DNA of 42,963 bases from a virus (lineage: Duplodnaviria; Heunggongvirae; Uroviricota; Caudoviricetes): IMG/VR virus record IMGVR_UViG_2698536570_000009, positions 1 through 42,963 of that record; one strand, written 5' to 3'. Below, piece by piece: positions 8,319 to 16,864 of the stretch. Both the position numbers and the translations under genes were made by a program. Within the stretch, counting starts at the first letter, position 1; the number at the start of each line of letters is the position of its first letter. The notes below the pieces were generated by a model that saw nothing but the letters and a program-made list of their open reading frames with translations, ran no database searches and had not been told where the DNA came from.

Positions 8319-8845
8319 ACACACTCCTCTTTTTGTTTACCGTCAGCCCCTCGCAAAGAGCTGCTGGTAAACTTCGCCACACTCTCGCAGTGGCCGCGCA
8401 CATGCCCTTGAGACCTTGTCGCTCATCGCCGCTCATAACCGGTGCGCGTCTGGCGTTCGCGCTGCTTTACCGGAGCTTGTTTTGATATAAGAACCTTGAC
8501 CCATCACTACACAGGCTCGCCATTCGGCGACTCAGGGCGGCATCATTACTGCTGCATTGCCTTTAGGCTGCGGTCTGTCCGCTTTAGTGCTTCATTGGAA
8601 TCACTCCTCTAATTTGATGGTTTATTTTTTTACCCTGCATCCGACATTGTCCGCCGCTTGCCCGTCGTGCCATTTTATGAACCTACCCCCATGAGGGCTG
8701 GGAATCGCCGGGGAACTGAGTTATGCGAATCTCTTCGCTCAACCTCGGATGCAATTTCTGATTTGTTAAAGAAGCAGGCGACTTGCTGTCCGCCGCTGGC
8801 TAACTTCGCTCAGCTGTCGATGTTTCGTTTCGATGAGTCAAAGAT

Positions 8846-8914
8846 ACAGATAAAACTGTATTTCCGTCAACAGACAAAACTGTAATTTGCGTTGTAATTT
8901 ACACATGTATCTGT
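8846..8914. promoter_or_regulatory. OL operator cluster (pL region): two clear plus one degenerate 14-bp ACAG-N6-CTGT site
   Basis: 'ACAGATAAAACTGT' (8846-8859), 'ACAGACAAAACTGT' (8870-8883), degenerate 'ACACATGTATCTGT' (8901-8914); same motif family as the three OR sites. Confidence 0.6.
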
Positions 8915-8944
8915 AATAGAAGGTTATTTATTTTTGTTGAGGCG

Positions 8945-8973
8945 AAAAAAAACCGGCAAATGCCGGTTTATTT
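8945..8973. terminator. bidirectional rho-independent terminator downstream of cI
   Basis: A8 - CCGGC AAAT GCCGG - TTTATTT: hairpin flanked by an A-run on one side and a T-run on the other. Confidence 0.7.
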
Positions 8974-8989
8974 GGATGGGGTAGGATGG

Positions 8990-9622
8990 TTAGCGCTTTC
9001 TGCGGTAAATTCGGTGCTCAATCATCACGCCGATGATAGTTAAATGCTGATGATCGCTATTGATAACCGGGTAATCATTATTGAGGGGGACAAGTTCGAA
9101 ATGCTGTCTTCCGTTATTGTCCGTATAAGTTGGACGATATTTTTTGAATGTCGCCTGATCTCCGCCGTTTTTGGCAACAACAAATTCACCAGGAGCGGGC
9201 TCAATCTCTGGATCAACAATAATCACATCGCCAGCTTTAAAATCAGGCTCCATCGAGTCGCCCTCAATACGCAAGGCAAAGCTGTGTTCTGATAAATCAA
9301 GATCAGTAAGAATGTATTCAAGACTGCCATCAAACGCCTCTATCGGGCTTTTTTCTGCAAGTGCCCCTGCTTGCACATAGCTTATCAACGGAACTCTCCT
9401 GCTGTTCACTTCTGCCAACGGCATAAATGCGCCGCCATTCATCAGCCAGTCTGCATCGCAGCGCAATGCTTTAGCTATGCCGATTATATTACGCGGCTTA
9501 AGCGTTTTCCCATCCTCAATGCTTTGCCAGGATTGCTGACGAATACCAGCCTTTTCTGCTGCTTCTGTTTGCGTCAGGCCAAGTTCAATCCTTTTCTGTT
9601 TTACGCGATCTGCAAGGCTCAT
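8990..9622 (-). CDS. cI: cI-type repressor (N-terminal XRE-family HTH plus C-terminal LexA-like S24 peptidase domain)
   Basis: 210 aa; HTH 'LGLTQTEAAEKAGIRQQSWQSIEDG'; C-terminal self-cleavage-domain blocks 'IEGDSMEPDFKAGDVIIVDP' and '...ATFKKY'; divergent from cro across the OR operators. Confidence 0.9.
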   Translation of the reverse strand: MSLADRVKQKRIELGLTQTEAAEKAGIRQQSWQSIEDGKTLKPRNIIGIAKALRCDADWLMNGGAFMPLAEVNSRRVPLISYVQAGALAEKSPIEAFDGSLEYILTDLDLSEHSFALRIEGDSMEPDFKAGDVIIVDPEIEPAPGEFVVAKNGGDQATFKKYRPTYTDNNGRQHFELVPLNNDYPVINSDHQHLTIIGVMIEHRIYRRKR

Positions 9623-9651
9623 AAATTCCTCTCTTCATATGCCCTGATGGT

Positions 9652-9711
9652 CACAGCAAAAACTGTATTTGACAAACAGAAATAGCTGTCAGAGAATACA
9701 GATAAAACTGT
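9652..9711. promoter_or_regulatory. OR operator cluster (OR1-3) with pR/pRM; candidate pR -35 TTGACA at 9669-9674
   Basis: Three 14-bp sites 'ACAGCAAAAACTGT' (9652-9665), 'ACAGAAATAGCTGT' (9676-9689), 'ACAGATAAAACTGT' (9698-9711) between cI start (9622) and cro start (9721); SD GGAGGG precedes cro. Confidence 0.7.
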
Positions 9712-9720
9712 GGAGGGCAT

Positions 9721-9942
9721 ATGGAAACAATTTCTCATCGCCTCAAACAAAAACGTGAAGAGATGAACCTTTCTCAATCCAAGCTGGCCGCTTTGGTTGG
9801 CATGAGTCAGCAATCTCTTCAGGCCATCGAGGCTGGTGCTACGAAGCGCCCACGTTTTTTGGTTGAGTTGGCTCGCGAGCTTAACTGCGAACCGGAATGG
9901 CTTCTTTTCGGAGACGCCAAAAATAAATCAACTGCCGCCTGA
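9721..9942 (+). CDS. cro: Cro-type XRE-family HTH regulator
   Basis: 73 aa; HTH 'MNLSQSKLAALVGMSQQSLQAIEAG'; first gene rightward from OR. Confidence 0.8.
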   Translation: METISHRLKQKREEMNLSQSKLAALVGMSQQSLQAIEAGATKRPRFLVELARELNCEPEWLLFGDAKNKSTAA

Positions 9943-9982
9943 CCGGCGGCCATAACCAATTAAATCAGAGGAATTATCGCAA

Positions 9983-10204
9983 ATGGAGACCTTAACGACA
10001 CGCAACAAAGCGGAGGCACGACGAATTGAGAGCTGGGTGCAGCGGCAAATCGCAGATCTTGGGACAACCAGGATCGCCGAAGTAGCTGGCGTGAACAAAT
10101 CAACCGTAAGCCGGTGGCGGGAGAACCTGGTGCCGAACATGTCGCTGCTGCTCGCCATCCTGATTTCTAGCAGGGATGGAGTGAAGGGAGATTTTGAAGC
10201 ATGA
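9983..10204 (+). CDS. cII: CII-like transcriptional activator
   Basis: 73 aa; 'RIESWVQRQIADLGTTRIAEVAGVNKSTVSRWRENLVPNMSLLLAIL' parallels recalled lambda CII 'RIESALLNKIAMLGTEKTAEAVGVDKSQISRWKRDWIPKFSMLLAVL'. Confidence 0.7.
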   Translation: METLTTRNKAEARRIESWVQRQIADLGTTRIAEVAGVNKSTVSRWRENLVPNMSLLLAILISSRDGVKGDFEA

Positions 10205-10286
10205 ACGCAGAAAGGGCAAAAGCCGCGGTGCTGGAACACCAACGGCTTTCAGGTGGAATTAACTGGATCAATTCACAGGAGCAATT

Positions 10287-11141
10287 ATGGCAAACACTGC
10301 CGAAGTAATCAATTTCCCTGTGCCTGACGTGGCACCTAAGGAGCCGCGCGTGGCAGATCTTGATGATGGCTATACGCGCATCGCCAATGAACTTCTGGAG
10401 GCTGTCATGCTGGCTGGATTGTCTCAGCATCAGCTGCTGGTCTTCATGGCAGTAATGCGCAAAACATACGGTTTCAACAAAAAGGCAGACTGGGTAAGCA
10501 ATGATCAGTTATCTGCCCTGACCGGCATCCTCCCACACAAATGCTCTGCTGCTAAAAGCGCGTTAGTTAAGCGCGGGGTATTTACCCAAATCGGGCGAAC
10601 TGTGGGGATTAACAAAGCGGTCAGCGAATGGGTGAAATTACCCAAATCAGGTAACGAAAATAAAGTTTACCTGAAAGAGGTAAATTTACCCGTATCAGGT
10701 AAGAAATGTTTACCCGAATCAGGTAACGACACTTACCCAAATCAGGTAAACACAAAAGACAAACATACAAAAGACAATAAAGACAATATTAATAAACCCC
10801 CTAAATCCCCCAAACCGGCTTCGTTCGATCCGGCCGGTGTTGACCTTCCTGAATGGCTGTCAGTTTCAGTCTGGAAGTCATGGGTCGATTATCGTCGCGA
10901 CCTGAAGAAACCGATCAAGTCTCAGCAGACGGTTACCCAGGCCATCAACCTGCTCGAGCGTTGCAAGTGCAGCGGATATCAGCCTGAAGAAATCATCAAC
11001 CAGAGCATTGCGAACGGCTGGCAGGGATTGTTTGAACCGAAAGGCATCAAGCAGCCAGCCCGCAATCAGACTCGCGTATCCGAGAACTTCGCTGGCAAGG
11101 ACTATGGCCAGACTGAAATCCCGTCATGGGCGAGGGACTGA
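10287..11141 (+). CDS. replication initiator O-like protein (origin-binding); ori iterons lie inside the gene
   Basis: 284 aa; position after cII; internal direct repeats encode a repetitive 'LPKSG/LPVSG/LPESG' peptide segment; SD AGGAG. Confidence 0.8.
   Translation: MANTAEVINFPVPDVAPKEPRVADLDDGYTRIANELLEAVMLAGLSQHQLLVFMAVMRKTYGFNKKADWVSNDQLSALTGILPHKCSAAKSALVKRGVFTQIGRTVGINKAVSEWVKLPKSGNENKVYLKEVNLPVSGKKCLPESGNDTYPNQVNTKDKHTKDNKDNINKPPKSPKPASFDPAGVDLPEWLSVSVWKSWVDYRRDLKKPIKSQQTVTQAINLLERCKCSGYQPEEIINQSIANGWQGLFEPKGIKQPARNQTRVSENFAGKDYGQTEIPSWARD
10638..10800. repeat. phage replication origin: 4-5 iterons (consensus TTACCC-N5-AGGTAA, about 24-bp spacing) followed by an A-rich tract
   Basis: Iterons at about 10638-10654, 10669-10686 (degenerate), 10685-10702, 10709-10726, 10733-10749; A-rich 'CACAAAAGACAAACATACAAAAGACAATAAAGACAATATTAATAAA' at 10750-10800. 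Confidence 0.7.
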
Positions 11142-11143
11142 GT

Positions 11144-11998
11144 ATGGAGCTGCTCGAAAAAATCGACGCTATCGAAAAAATGCTGGAAGTTCTCGGCAGG
11201 CCGCCAGAGCAACTCCCTAACTGCGAGACCGTCTTCGAAACGGTGCTTTGCGAGAAACACGGCGAATACGAACAGCGTAAACGCGTGCTTACCAGCAGCC
11301 TAATCAAGCTGCCGTCGCCGCCGACTCGTTGTCCGGGCTGCCTTCGCGATGAGCTGAGCTTCCTGTATGACGAGAAAAAGCGTTGGGAAGACCGCACTCG
11401 CCAGCAGAACATCGATCGCCTGCTGCGTCAGCTCGAAATCCCTGAGCGCTTTGTGACGTGCACGCTGGAAAACTATCAGCCGGTTGGCAAGGAGTCAGAA
11501 CGTGCGCTGCGGGTTTGTCAGGCGTATGCCGCGAAGTGGCCCGAGCGGCTGAAGCAGGGAGGTGGTCTGGTGATGTGCGGCAAGCCGGGAACCGGTAAAA
11601 ACCACCTTGCCCTGGCGATCGCCCGTGATGTCATCGAGAAACACCAGAGCCCGGTAATTTTTACCACCGCGCTGAAGATTGCCCGTGAGTTCAAATCAAC
11701 GTGGTCGAAAACTGCGACGCGCAGCGAGAACGACGTGATTGCGCACTTCACCACTCCGGACCTTTTGATCATCGACGAGGTTGGCGTCCAGTTCGGCAGC
11801 GAGGCCGAGAAGCTGATCATGTTCGAAATCATCAACACCCGGTACGAGCGGATGAAGCCGACCATCCTGATCAGCAACCAGACCAAAGAAGAGTTGGCAG
11901 CGTTCGTGAGTGAGCGTGTTATTGACCGCATGAGCGACGGCGGCGGGTGCACGCTGTCATTCACCTGGGATTCTTACCGTTCCAAGGGGGCAGCATGA
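11144..11998 (+). CDS. DnaC/IstB-like AAA+ helicase loader (lambda P functional analogue)
   Basis: Walker A 'GKPGTGKNHLALAIA', Walker B 'LLIIDEVG'; start ATG 11144 with SD GAGGGA just after the O stop. Confidence 0.8.
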   Translation: MELLEKIDAIEKMLEVLGRPPEQLPNCETVFETVLCEKHGEYEQRKRVLTSSLIKLPSPPTRCPGCLRDELSFLYDEKKRWEDRTRQQNIDRLLRQLEIPERFVTCTLENYQPVGKESERALRVCQAYAAKWPERLKQGGGLVMCGKPGTGKNHLALAIARDVIEKHQSPVIFTTALKIAREFKSTWSKTATRSENDVIAHFTTPDLLIIDEVGVQFGSEAEKLIMFEIINTRYERMKPTILISNQTKEELAAFVSERVIDRMSDGGGCTLSFTWDSYRSKGAA

Positions 11999-12336
11999 CC
12001 ATAACAATCCGTGAGCAGGTGCTGGCGGCCCTGCGCAATAACCCAGGGCTGAATAGTGCTCGTATTGCCAGCATGATCGGCATGACCACAAAAAAGATTT
12101 CCGGCCCGTTAAGCACGCTGCTGGCAGACGGCCTGATCGAGTTCGAAGGCAAGCACGGACAGCGGCTTTATCGGCTGACCGATTACGGCATGAAATACGC
12201 ACCAGAAACAATCCCGGCTATGCCGAAGGGAAATTCGAAGCTGGTGCAGCGTACAGAGGCAAACGTGATCTGCCAGGAGTGCCGCAACAGCGCGGCGATG
12301 AGAAGAATTTTAAGCGTATACGGGGTGAGAGCATGA
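11995..12336 (+). CDS. hypothetical protein, possible winged-helix DNA-binding protein (113 aa)
   Basis: Start MTITI with SD 'AAGGGGG'; N-terminal region resembles wHTH regulators; overlaps the loader stop by 4 nt. Confidence 0.45.
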   Translation: MTITIREQVLAALRNNPGLNSARIASMIGMTTKKISGPLSTLLADGLIEFEGKHGQRLYRLTDYGMKYAPETIPAMPKGNSKLVQRTEANVICQECRNSAAMRRILSVYGVRA

Positions 12337-13034
12337 AAAATAATACACAGCCAGCACTGAAAGAACGAATCGAAAAGGCACTTGAAGACTTCACCAAAGG
12401 CCGCGCCAGCATGCATGTTCCTCCGCTTGATACCGATGTTGATGTGGTGCTGGCGGAATGCAGTGACCGATTATCAGAGCTTAAAGCCAGATGCGCGGCG
12501 CTGGCTGCGGAGAGTGCGATGTTGAAGCAACGGACACAGCAACTTATCGACATCATTAGCAATACTGACAATAACTACTGCATGTGTGGTTCTGCTATGA
12601 AAAACCACGTGCACGGCGGATGTGGTTATCCTACTGGCATGTTCGATTATTACTACAACCAGTGGCTGGAGTCAGATAACAAAACCCCAGCCACCGATGC
12701 TTTTCTGGCTGAAGTGCGGGCGCAGGGTGTGACCGAATACTCCAGTAAGCGAGGGTTCTCATTCCAGCACGGAAGTATCCATGCACACTTCGGTACCGGC
12801 GATGTGATGGTGGGTTCGGTGACATTCGAAAACGGTGATGCCGGAATTAACTTCGCTCCAGTTCGCGAGAAAACTGGCGGCGTTGGCACTCATTACGAAT
12901 GGACTAAAGGCAAAACAGCGGAACAGGTCGATTCAGTTTTTGTCATTGCCAGCAGTAACGCCGAAGGCCTTGAAGTTATCCGAGACAAGCTATCAGAGGC
13001 TATCGCCCAGCTTCGCAAAGGAGTGCAGTCATGA
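12333..13034 (+). CDS. hypothetical nin-region protein (233 aa): N-terminal coiled coil plus Cys/His/Gly-rich C-terminal domain
   Basis: ATGA overlap with the upstream stop; motif 'CMCGSAMKNHVHGGCGYP' suggests metal binding; no family recognised. Confidence 0.5.
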   Translation: MKNNTQPALKERIEKALEDFTKGRASMHVPPLDTDVDVVLAECSDRLSELKARCAALAAESAMLKQRTQQLIDIISNTDNNYCMCGSAMKNHVHGGCGYPTGMFDYYYNQWLESDNKTPATDAFLAEVRAQGVTEYSSKRGFSFQHGSIHAHFGTGDVMVGSVTFENGDAGINFAPVREKTGGVGTHYEWTKGKTAEQVDSVFVIASSNAEGLEVIRDKLSEAIAQLRKGVQS

Positions 13035-13279
13035 GTACTCGTCGCAAAATTAACAAAATTCTGAAAGAGAAAGGCCTGACGGCTAATGTCGAGTACGACG
13101 GAAGCGGTGCCGGTAGAGATGAATATGGTTGGTGGACCGTTACTTTCGAACCGGCATCTGCTGATTTTATTCGTCTTAAGCTGAATGAGCCCGAATTCAC
13201 TGGCTCGATAGAATTTTGCGAACTCGAGGATGGGTTTGAGCAGCTTTCGGAGTTACCCGCAGTGGAGGCCGCCCAATGA
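13031..13279 (+). CDS. hypothetical small protein (82 aa)
   Basis: ATGA-coupled to the upstream gene; co-oriented. Confidence 0.45.
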   Translation: MSTRRKINKILKEKGLTANVEYDGSGAGRDEYGWWTVTFEPASADFIRLKLNEPEFTGSIEFCELEDGFEQLSELPAVEAAQ

Positions 13280-13515
13280 GCAACATCGACAAACAGGCGC
13301 TGCGCTTAACAGCAGAGAAGGCGAAAGATAACTTCATGCCTAACCTCATGGTTCCGACTCGCGACGTGCTGGCGCTGCTGGATGAGCTGGAAGCCAAGGA
13401 CAAGCGGATTGCTGATTACCACGATCTCATCAGTGGGCTGGTTGGTGTTTCGTCATCCATTCTGCGCGAAGTAGAGCACATCAATAACGCCGCCGCAGCC
13501 GGTAAAGGAGAGTGA
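13276..13515 (+). CDS. hypothetical small protein (79 aa)
   Basis: Overlapping start/stop with neighbours; co-oriented. Confidence 0.45.
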   Translation: MSNIDKQALRLTAEKAKDNFMPNLMVPTRDVLALLDELEAKDKRIADYHDLISGLVGVSSSILREVEHINNAAAAGKGE

Positions 13516-13517
13516 GC

Positions 13518-14273
13518 ATGATTCACTATCATGGCGGTCCAATAACGCCTGATACATGCGCTCTGAAGGCGTGGAAAGGACGCCATGCGTTTATCAGCTT
13601 TGCGCACTCCGGGCAGATCAATCTGGCGTCTGAATACTGCCAGTCCTTCGCACTGGACAATGGAGCATTCACTGCATGGAAAGCGGCTGGCCGGAACAAA
13701 ATCGACTGGAGCGACTACTACGAGTTTGTTGATCTCTGGAAGAATCACCCTGGCTTTGACTTCGCCATCATCCCTGACGTTATCGACGGGGGAGAAACAG
13801 AGAATGATGCGCTATTGCTCGAGTGGCCGCACGGTAAATTCTTCGGCGTTCCGGTCTGGCACATGAATGAACCTGATGAGCGATTTATCCGACTTTGCAA
13901 CGAATATCCCCGCGTGGCTATCGGAAGCTGCGGTGAGTACGACGTGAAGCGACCGAAGGAAGCAATAGCTAGGCTCCGTGATTTGATACGTCATGTTGTA
14001 AACGACCTTGGACAGCCGGTTGCCAAGTTACACGGGCTGAGAATGCTCAGGCCGCAAATATTTACAAGCATCCCGTTAGCTAGCGCCGACAGCACCAATG
14101 TCGCGAGAAACATTGGCATCGACAAAGCCTGGAAAGGCTCATATGCGCCAGCCAGCAAAGAGACACGCGCCGCACTAATGGTTGAGCGTATCGAGTCTCA
14201 TAACAGTCCTGGCTCGCTCAACTACTGCGCTGAAAAAGACAAGTTCAACATGCAACTGCAGTTAGCAGTTTAA
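13518..14273 (+). CDS. hypothetical nin-region protein of unknown function (251 aa), possibly enzymatic
   Basis: ATG 13518 with SD 'AAGGAG'; globular composition with His/Asp-rich blocks ('HYHGGPITP', 'IIPDVIDGGETEND'); I could not assign a family from memory. Confidence 0.55.
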   Translation: MIHYHGGPITPDTCALKAWKGRHAFISFAHSGQINLASEYCQSFALDNGAFTAWKAAGRNKIDWSDYYEFVDLWKNHPGFDFAIIPDVIDGGETENDALLLEWPHGKFFGVPVWHMNEPDERFIRLCNEYPRVAIGSCGEYDVKRPKEAIARLRDLIRHVVNDLGQPVAKLHGLRMLRPQIFTSIPLASADSTNVARNIGIDKAWKGSYAPASKETRAALMVERIESHNSPGSLNYCAEKDKFNMQLQLAV

Positions 14274-14283
14274 GGACTAACCC

Positions 14284-14591
14284 ATGAGCACTATTACCAA
14301 AGAATTCACCAAAGAGCGCCTCGAAGAAATTGCAGAGGACGGCTTCCTGAAGCACGGAGAAAGTAAGGAGTTGGCGCGTATCGCGCTGGCATCGCTCGAA
14401 GCGGAGGCTGTACATCAGTTCATTTACAACAATCCGTATGAAGAGGGTTATACGGAATGGCTGGACTGCAATGAAGACTATTTCAATGGCGTTCCTGAAG
14501 ACTGTCGACGAATTCTTTACACCGCCCCTCCAGCGCCGGTATCTGTGCCCGCTGCGATGGAAATTGATGATGACTTTGACAGCGCGTTTGA
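14284..14591 (+). CDS. hypothetical protein, 3' end lost in assembly gap (partial)
   Basis: ORF with good start runs into the N-run at 14592; frame continuity across the gap cannot be determined. Confidence 0.4.
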
Positions 14592-14641
14592 NNNNNNNNN
14601 NNNNNNNNNNNNNNNNNNNNNNNNNNNNNNNNNNNNNNNNN
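14592..14641. other. assembly gap (50 N)
   Basis: Run of exactly 50 'n' characters in the sequence. Confidence 0.97.
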
Positions 14642-14992
14642 CTGGAGTGGGCTGCACAATTGGCAGAAGCCAATCATCCGCAAACAGGTGACTGGTTGTA
14701 CGATGACCCAATCGATCTTGCCAGGGCGATTCGCAAAGGTCCTGATATGCCTACTGTTCAGGGTGGCAACTCTCCGGTAACTCCGGATGGTTGGATAAGC
14801 TGTAGTGAGCGAATGCCAGATGATGGTCAGCACGTAATTATTTTATGTGATGGCGCATTCGTTCTTTATGCGCAATATCGAGACAGTGAGTTTTTTGATG
14901 TTGTCCGCAATGGTGAGGAGTTCTTCGAAACACAGAGCCGCAATGTAACCCACTGGATGCCACTGCCAGCAGCACCGCAGCAGGAGGCATGA
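14642..14992 (+). CDS. DUF551-like phage protein C-terminal portion (partial; 5' end in gap)
   Basis: C-terminal block 'PDDGQHVIILCDGAFVLYAQYRDSEFFD...VTHWMPLPAAP' resembles the DUF551 signature I recall from lambdoid nin regions. Confidence 0.5.
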   Translation: MEWAAQLAEANHPQTGDWLYDDPIDLARAIRKGPDMPTVQGGNSPVTPDGWISCSERMPDDGQHVIILCDGAFVLYAQYRDSEFFDVVRNGEEFFETQSRNVTHWMPLPAAPQQEA

Positions 14993-15231
14993 TGTACGAC
15001 AAATATCACCTTAGCCGATGCGATGCCATGGAATGGCTTGCTGAGCACTATCCTGTATTTCCTGCGTCAATGCCTGATGTTCCGATGCGTATCGAATGGT
15101 GCAGCGAAAACCTGTTTAAGGGGTGGAGTTTCGTTATCTTGCTCGATGGTTCACTGGTCTTTGCTGACTGCCTGTCACCTCCCATCCGGGCAGAAGACAT
15201 GGCTGGCTTCAAACTGCCTGAGTTGACATAG
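14989..15231 (+). CDS. hypothetical small protein (80 aa)
   Basis: ATGA-type overlap with the upstream stop; co-oriented. Confidence 0.45.
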   Translation: MMYDKYHLSRCDAMEWLAEHYPVFPASMPDVPMRIEWCSENLFKGWSFVILLDGSLVFADCLSPPIRAEDMAGFKLPELT

Positions 15232-15275
15232 CTACCATACAAGCGATATGGGGATTCACATATCGACCCGCCCAG

Positions 15276-15299
15276 GGCCTCTTCGGAGGCCTTTCTCTT
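15276..15299 (+). terminator. rho-independent terminator
   Basis: GGCCTC-TTCG-GAGGCC hairpin (tetraloop) followed by TTTCTCTTG. Confidence 0.5.
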
Positions 15300-15481
15300 G
15301 AGTTGATTTTGTTGAATCAACCGTCCATACTTTCTTTGCTGACGGCCTGAACACCCGGCGGTGACTTCTGCGCATTTAAGGGGACTTAAATGCGACCACA
15401 ATCTGAACTCCTCACCTTGTCACAGATGCAGAAATGCACCTGCGATTTTCTGCATTCTACGTTACCTCTCGGAGGTGGCGT

Positions 15482-15919
15482 ATGAAACAGCCTGTTTTCT
15501 ACCTCCGCGACGAACGCGTTCGCGATAACCTCATCGACTACATCAGGAAGCTGCCCGTTAACGACGCTCTGCCGCTCGTGGTGAAGTTTTCTGAGGCTGA
15601 CCGCACTCTCGCCCAAAACGACCTCTTCCACGCTCTCTGTGGCGATACAGCGAAGCAATTGCAATGGGCTGGCAAGTCGCGCGACCTCGCTTCATGGAAA
15701 GTCCTGTATGTCTCAGGCCATGCCATTGCCACCGGTAAGCCTGGTGAAGTGGTGCCGGGTCTGGAAGGGGAGTTCTGCGCCATCCGGGAAAGCACTGCGA
15801 AGATGGGCATCCGTCGCATGACCAGTCTCATCGAATACAGCCAGGCATTTGCTGTGCAAAACGGCGTGCAACTCCGTGAAGTTCGCTACTCAGGTGATTA
15901 CTTCGGGAGGGTTGCGTAA
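15482..15919 (+). CDS. ninB: NinB (Orf-family recombination mediator)
   Basis: 145 aa from ATG 15482 (SD GGAGGTGG); blocks 'LAQNDLFHALCGD', 'WKVLY', 'MTSLIEYSQAFAVQNGV' parallel recalled lambda NinB. Confidence 0.8.
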   Translation: MKQPVFYLRDERVRDNLIDYIRKLPVNDALPLVVKFSEADRTLAQNDLFHALCGDTAKQLQWAGKSRDLASWKVLYVSGHAIATGKPGEVVPGLEGEFCAIRESTAKMGIRRMTSLIEYSQAFAVQNGVQLREVRYSGDYFGRVA

Positions 15920-16089
15920 TGGCTAGCCCTCTCGCTCGCATCATCACCAACGAAATCTACCGGGTCCGGACACGCACTAAGCGAAAGCCTGAACTCAAGC
16001 CATCCGAAATCCCATCACTGCTCGGCTACACCGCGCGACTGACCCAGGTGAAATGGGATCGCCTGAAAGCGCGGAGGTCACATGGCTAA
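15919..16089 (+). CDS. small basic hypothetical protein (56 aa)
   Basis: Hand-translated ORF (below track cutoff) filling the gap between NinB and the next gene; start overlaps the NinB stop. Confidence 0.3.
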   Translation: MASPLARIITNEIYRVRTRTKRKPELKPSEIPSLLGYTARLTQVKWDRLKARRSHG

Positions 16090-16372
16090 TTTATGCAAAG
16101 CGGCACGCGGCCGCGATTGTCAGGTGCGGATCCCCGGCGTATGCAACGGCAATCCTGAAACCTCAGTACTGGCTCACATACGTCTTGCTGGTCTATGCGG
16201 GACCGGAATCAAGCCGCCTGACCTGATCGCCACCATCGCATGCAGCAGTTGCCACGACGAGATTGATCGCCGCACCCGTCTGGTCGATGCGGAATTTGCA
16301 AAGGAGTGCGCGCTGGAAGGCATGGCTCGCACGCAGGTCATCTGGCTTAAAGAGGGGCTCGTGAAAGCATGA
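16082..16372 (+). CDS. Cys-rich zinc-binding nin-region protein (DUF1364-like)
   Basis: 96 aa with multiple Cys pairs ('[17 protein letters not shown]', '[11 protein letters not shown]'). Confidence 0.6.
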   Translation: MANLCKAARGRDCQVRIPGVCNGNPETSVLAHIRLAGLCGTGIKPPDLIATIACSSCHDEIDRRTRLVDAEFAKECALEGMARTQVIWLKEGLVKA

Positions 16373-16731
16373 ATGAATACCGCATTAGCCTCCCGTGGCC
16401 GCCGAGCAACAACCGCTACTACCGGCATAACCGCGGGCGCACGCACATCAGCACAGAGGGGCAGGCGTACCGCGACAGTGTCGCCAGAATCATCAAAGAC
16501 TCAATGCTGGATATCGGCCTGGCTACACCCGTGAAAATCCGCATTGAGTGCCACATGCCGGATCGCCGTCGCCGTGACCTGGATAATCTGCAAAAGGCCG
16601 CTTTTGACGCACTCACCAAAGCAGGTTTCTGGCTGGACGATGCTCAGGTCGTTGATTATCGCGTTGTGAAGATGCCCGTTAACAAAGGTGGAAAGCTGGA
16701 ACTGACAATCACCGGGCTGGAGGCCGTATGA
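16369..16731 (+). CDS. rusA: RusA Holliday-junction resolvase
   Basis: Near-identical to recalled RusA sequence ('[21 protein letters not shown]', '[46 protein letters not shown]'). Confidence 0.9.
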   Translation: MNEYRISLPWPPSNNRYYRHNRGRTHISTEGQAYRDSVARIIKDSMLDIGLATPVKIRIECHMPDRRRRDLDNLQKAAFDALTKAGFWLDDAQVVDYRVVKMPVNKGGKLELTITGLEAV

Positions 16732-16864
16732 CATTTGAATCCTGTTTTTCCGATCACCTCCGCGTTCGCTGGCAGCGGCTTCGCTTATACCACTTTCCCG
16801 GCTCTGTGCTAACGGACTACCGGATACTGAAGAATTACGTGAAAACTTATGCTGGAGAAGCGCT

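Noticed and set aside
8294-8885. Plus-strand ORFs 8294..8485 and 8658..8885
   Set aside because: They lie in the pL leader and operator region and run across OL; the second ends exactly in an operator site; composition not protein-like.
13512-14273. DpdA / tRNA-guanine-transglycosylase-like identity for the 251-aa nin protein
   Set aside because: Considered because of size and phage context, but no zinc-binding CxCxxC...H motif or other TGT hallmark is visible, so the assignment is unsupported.
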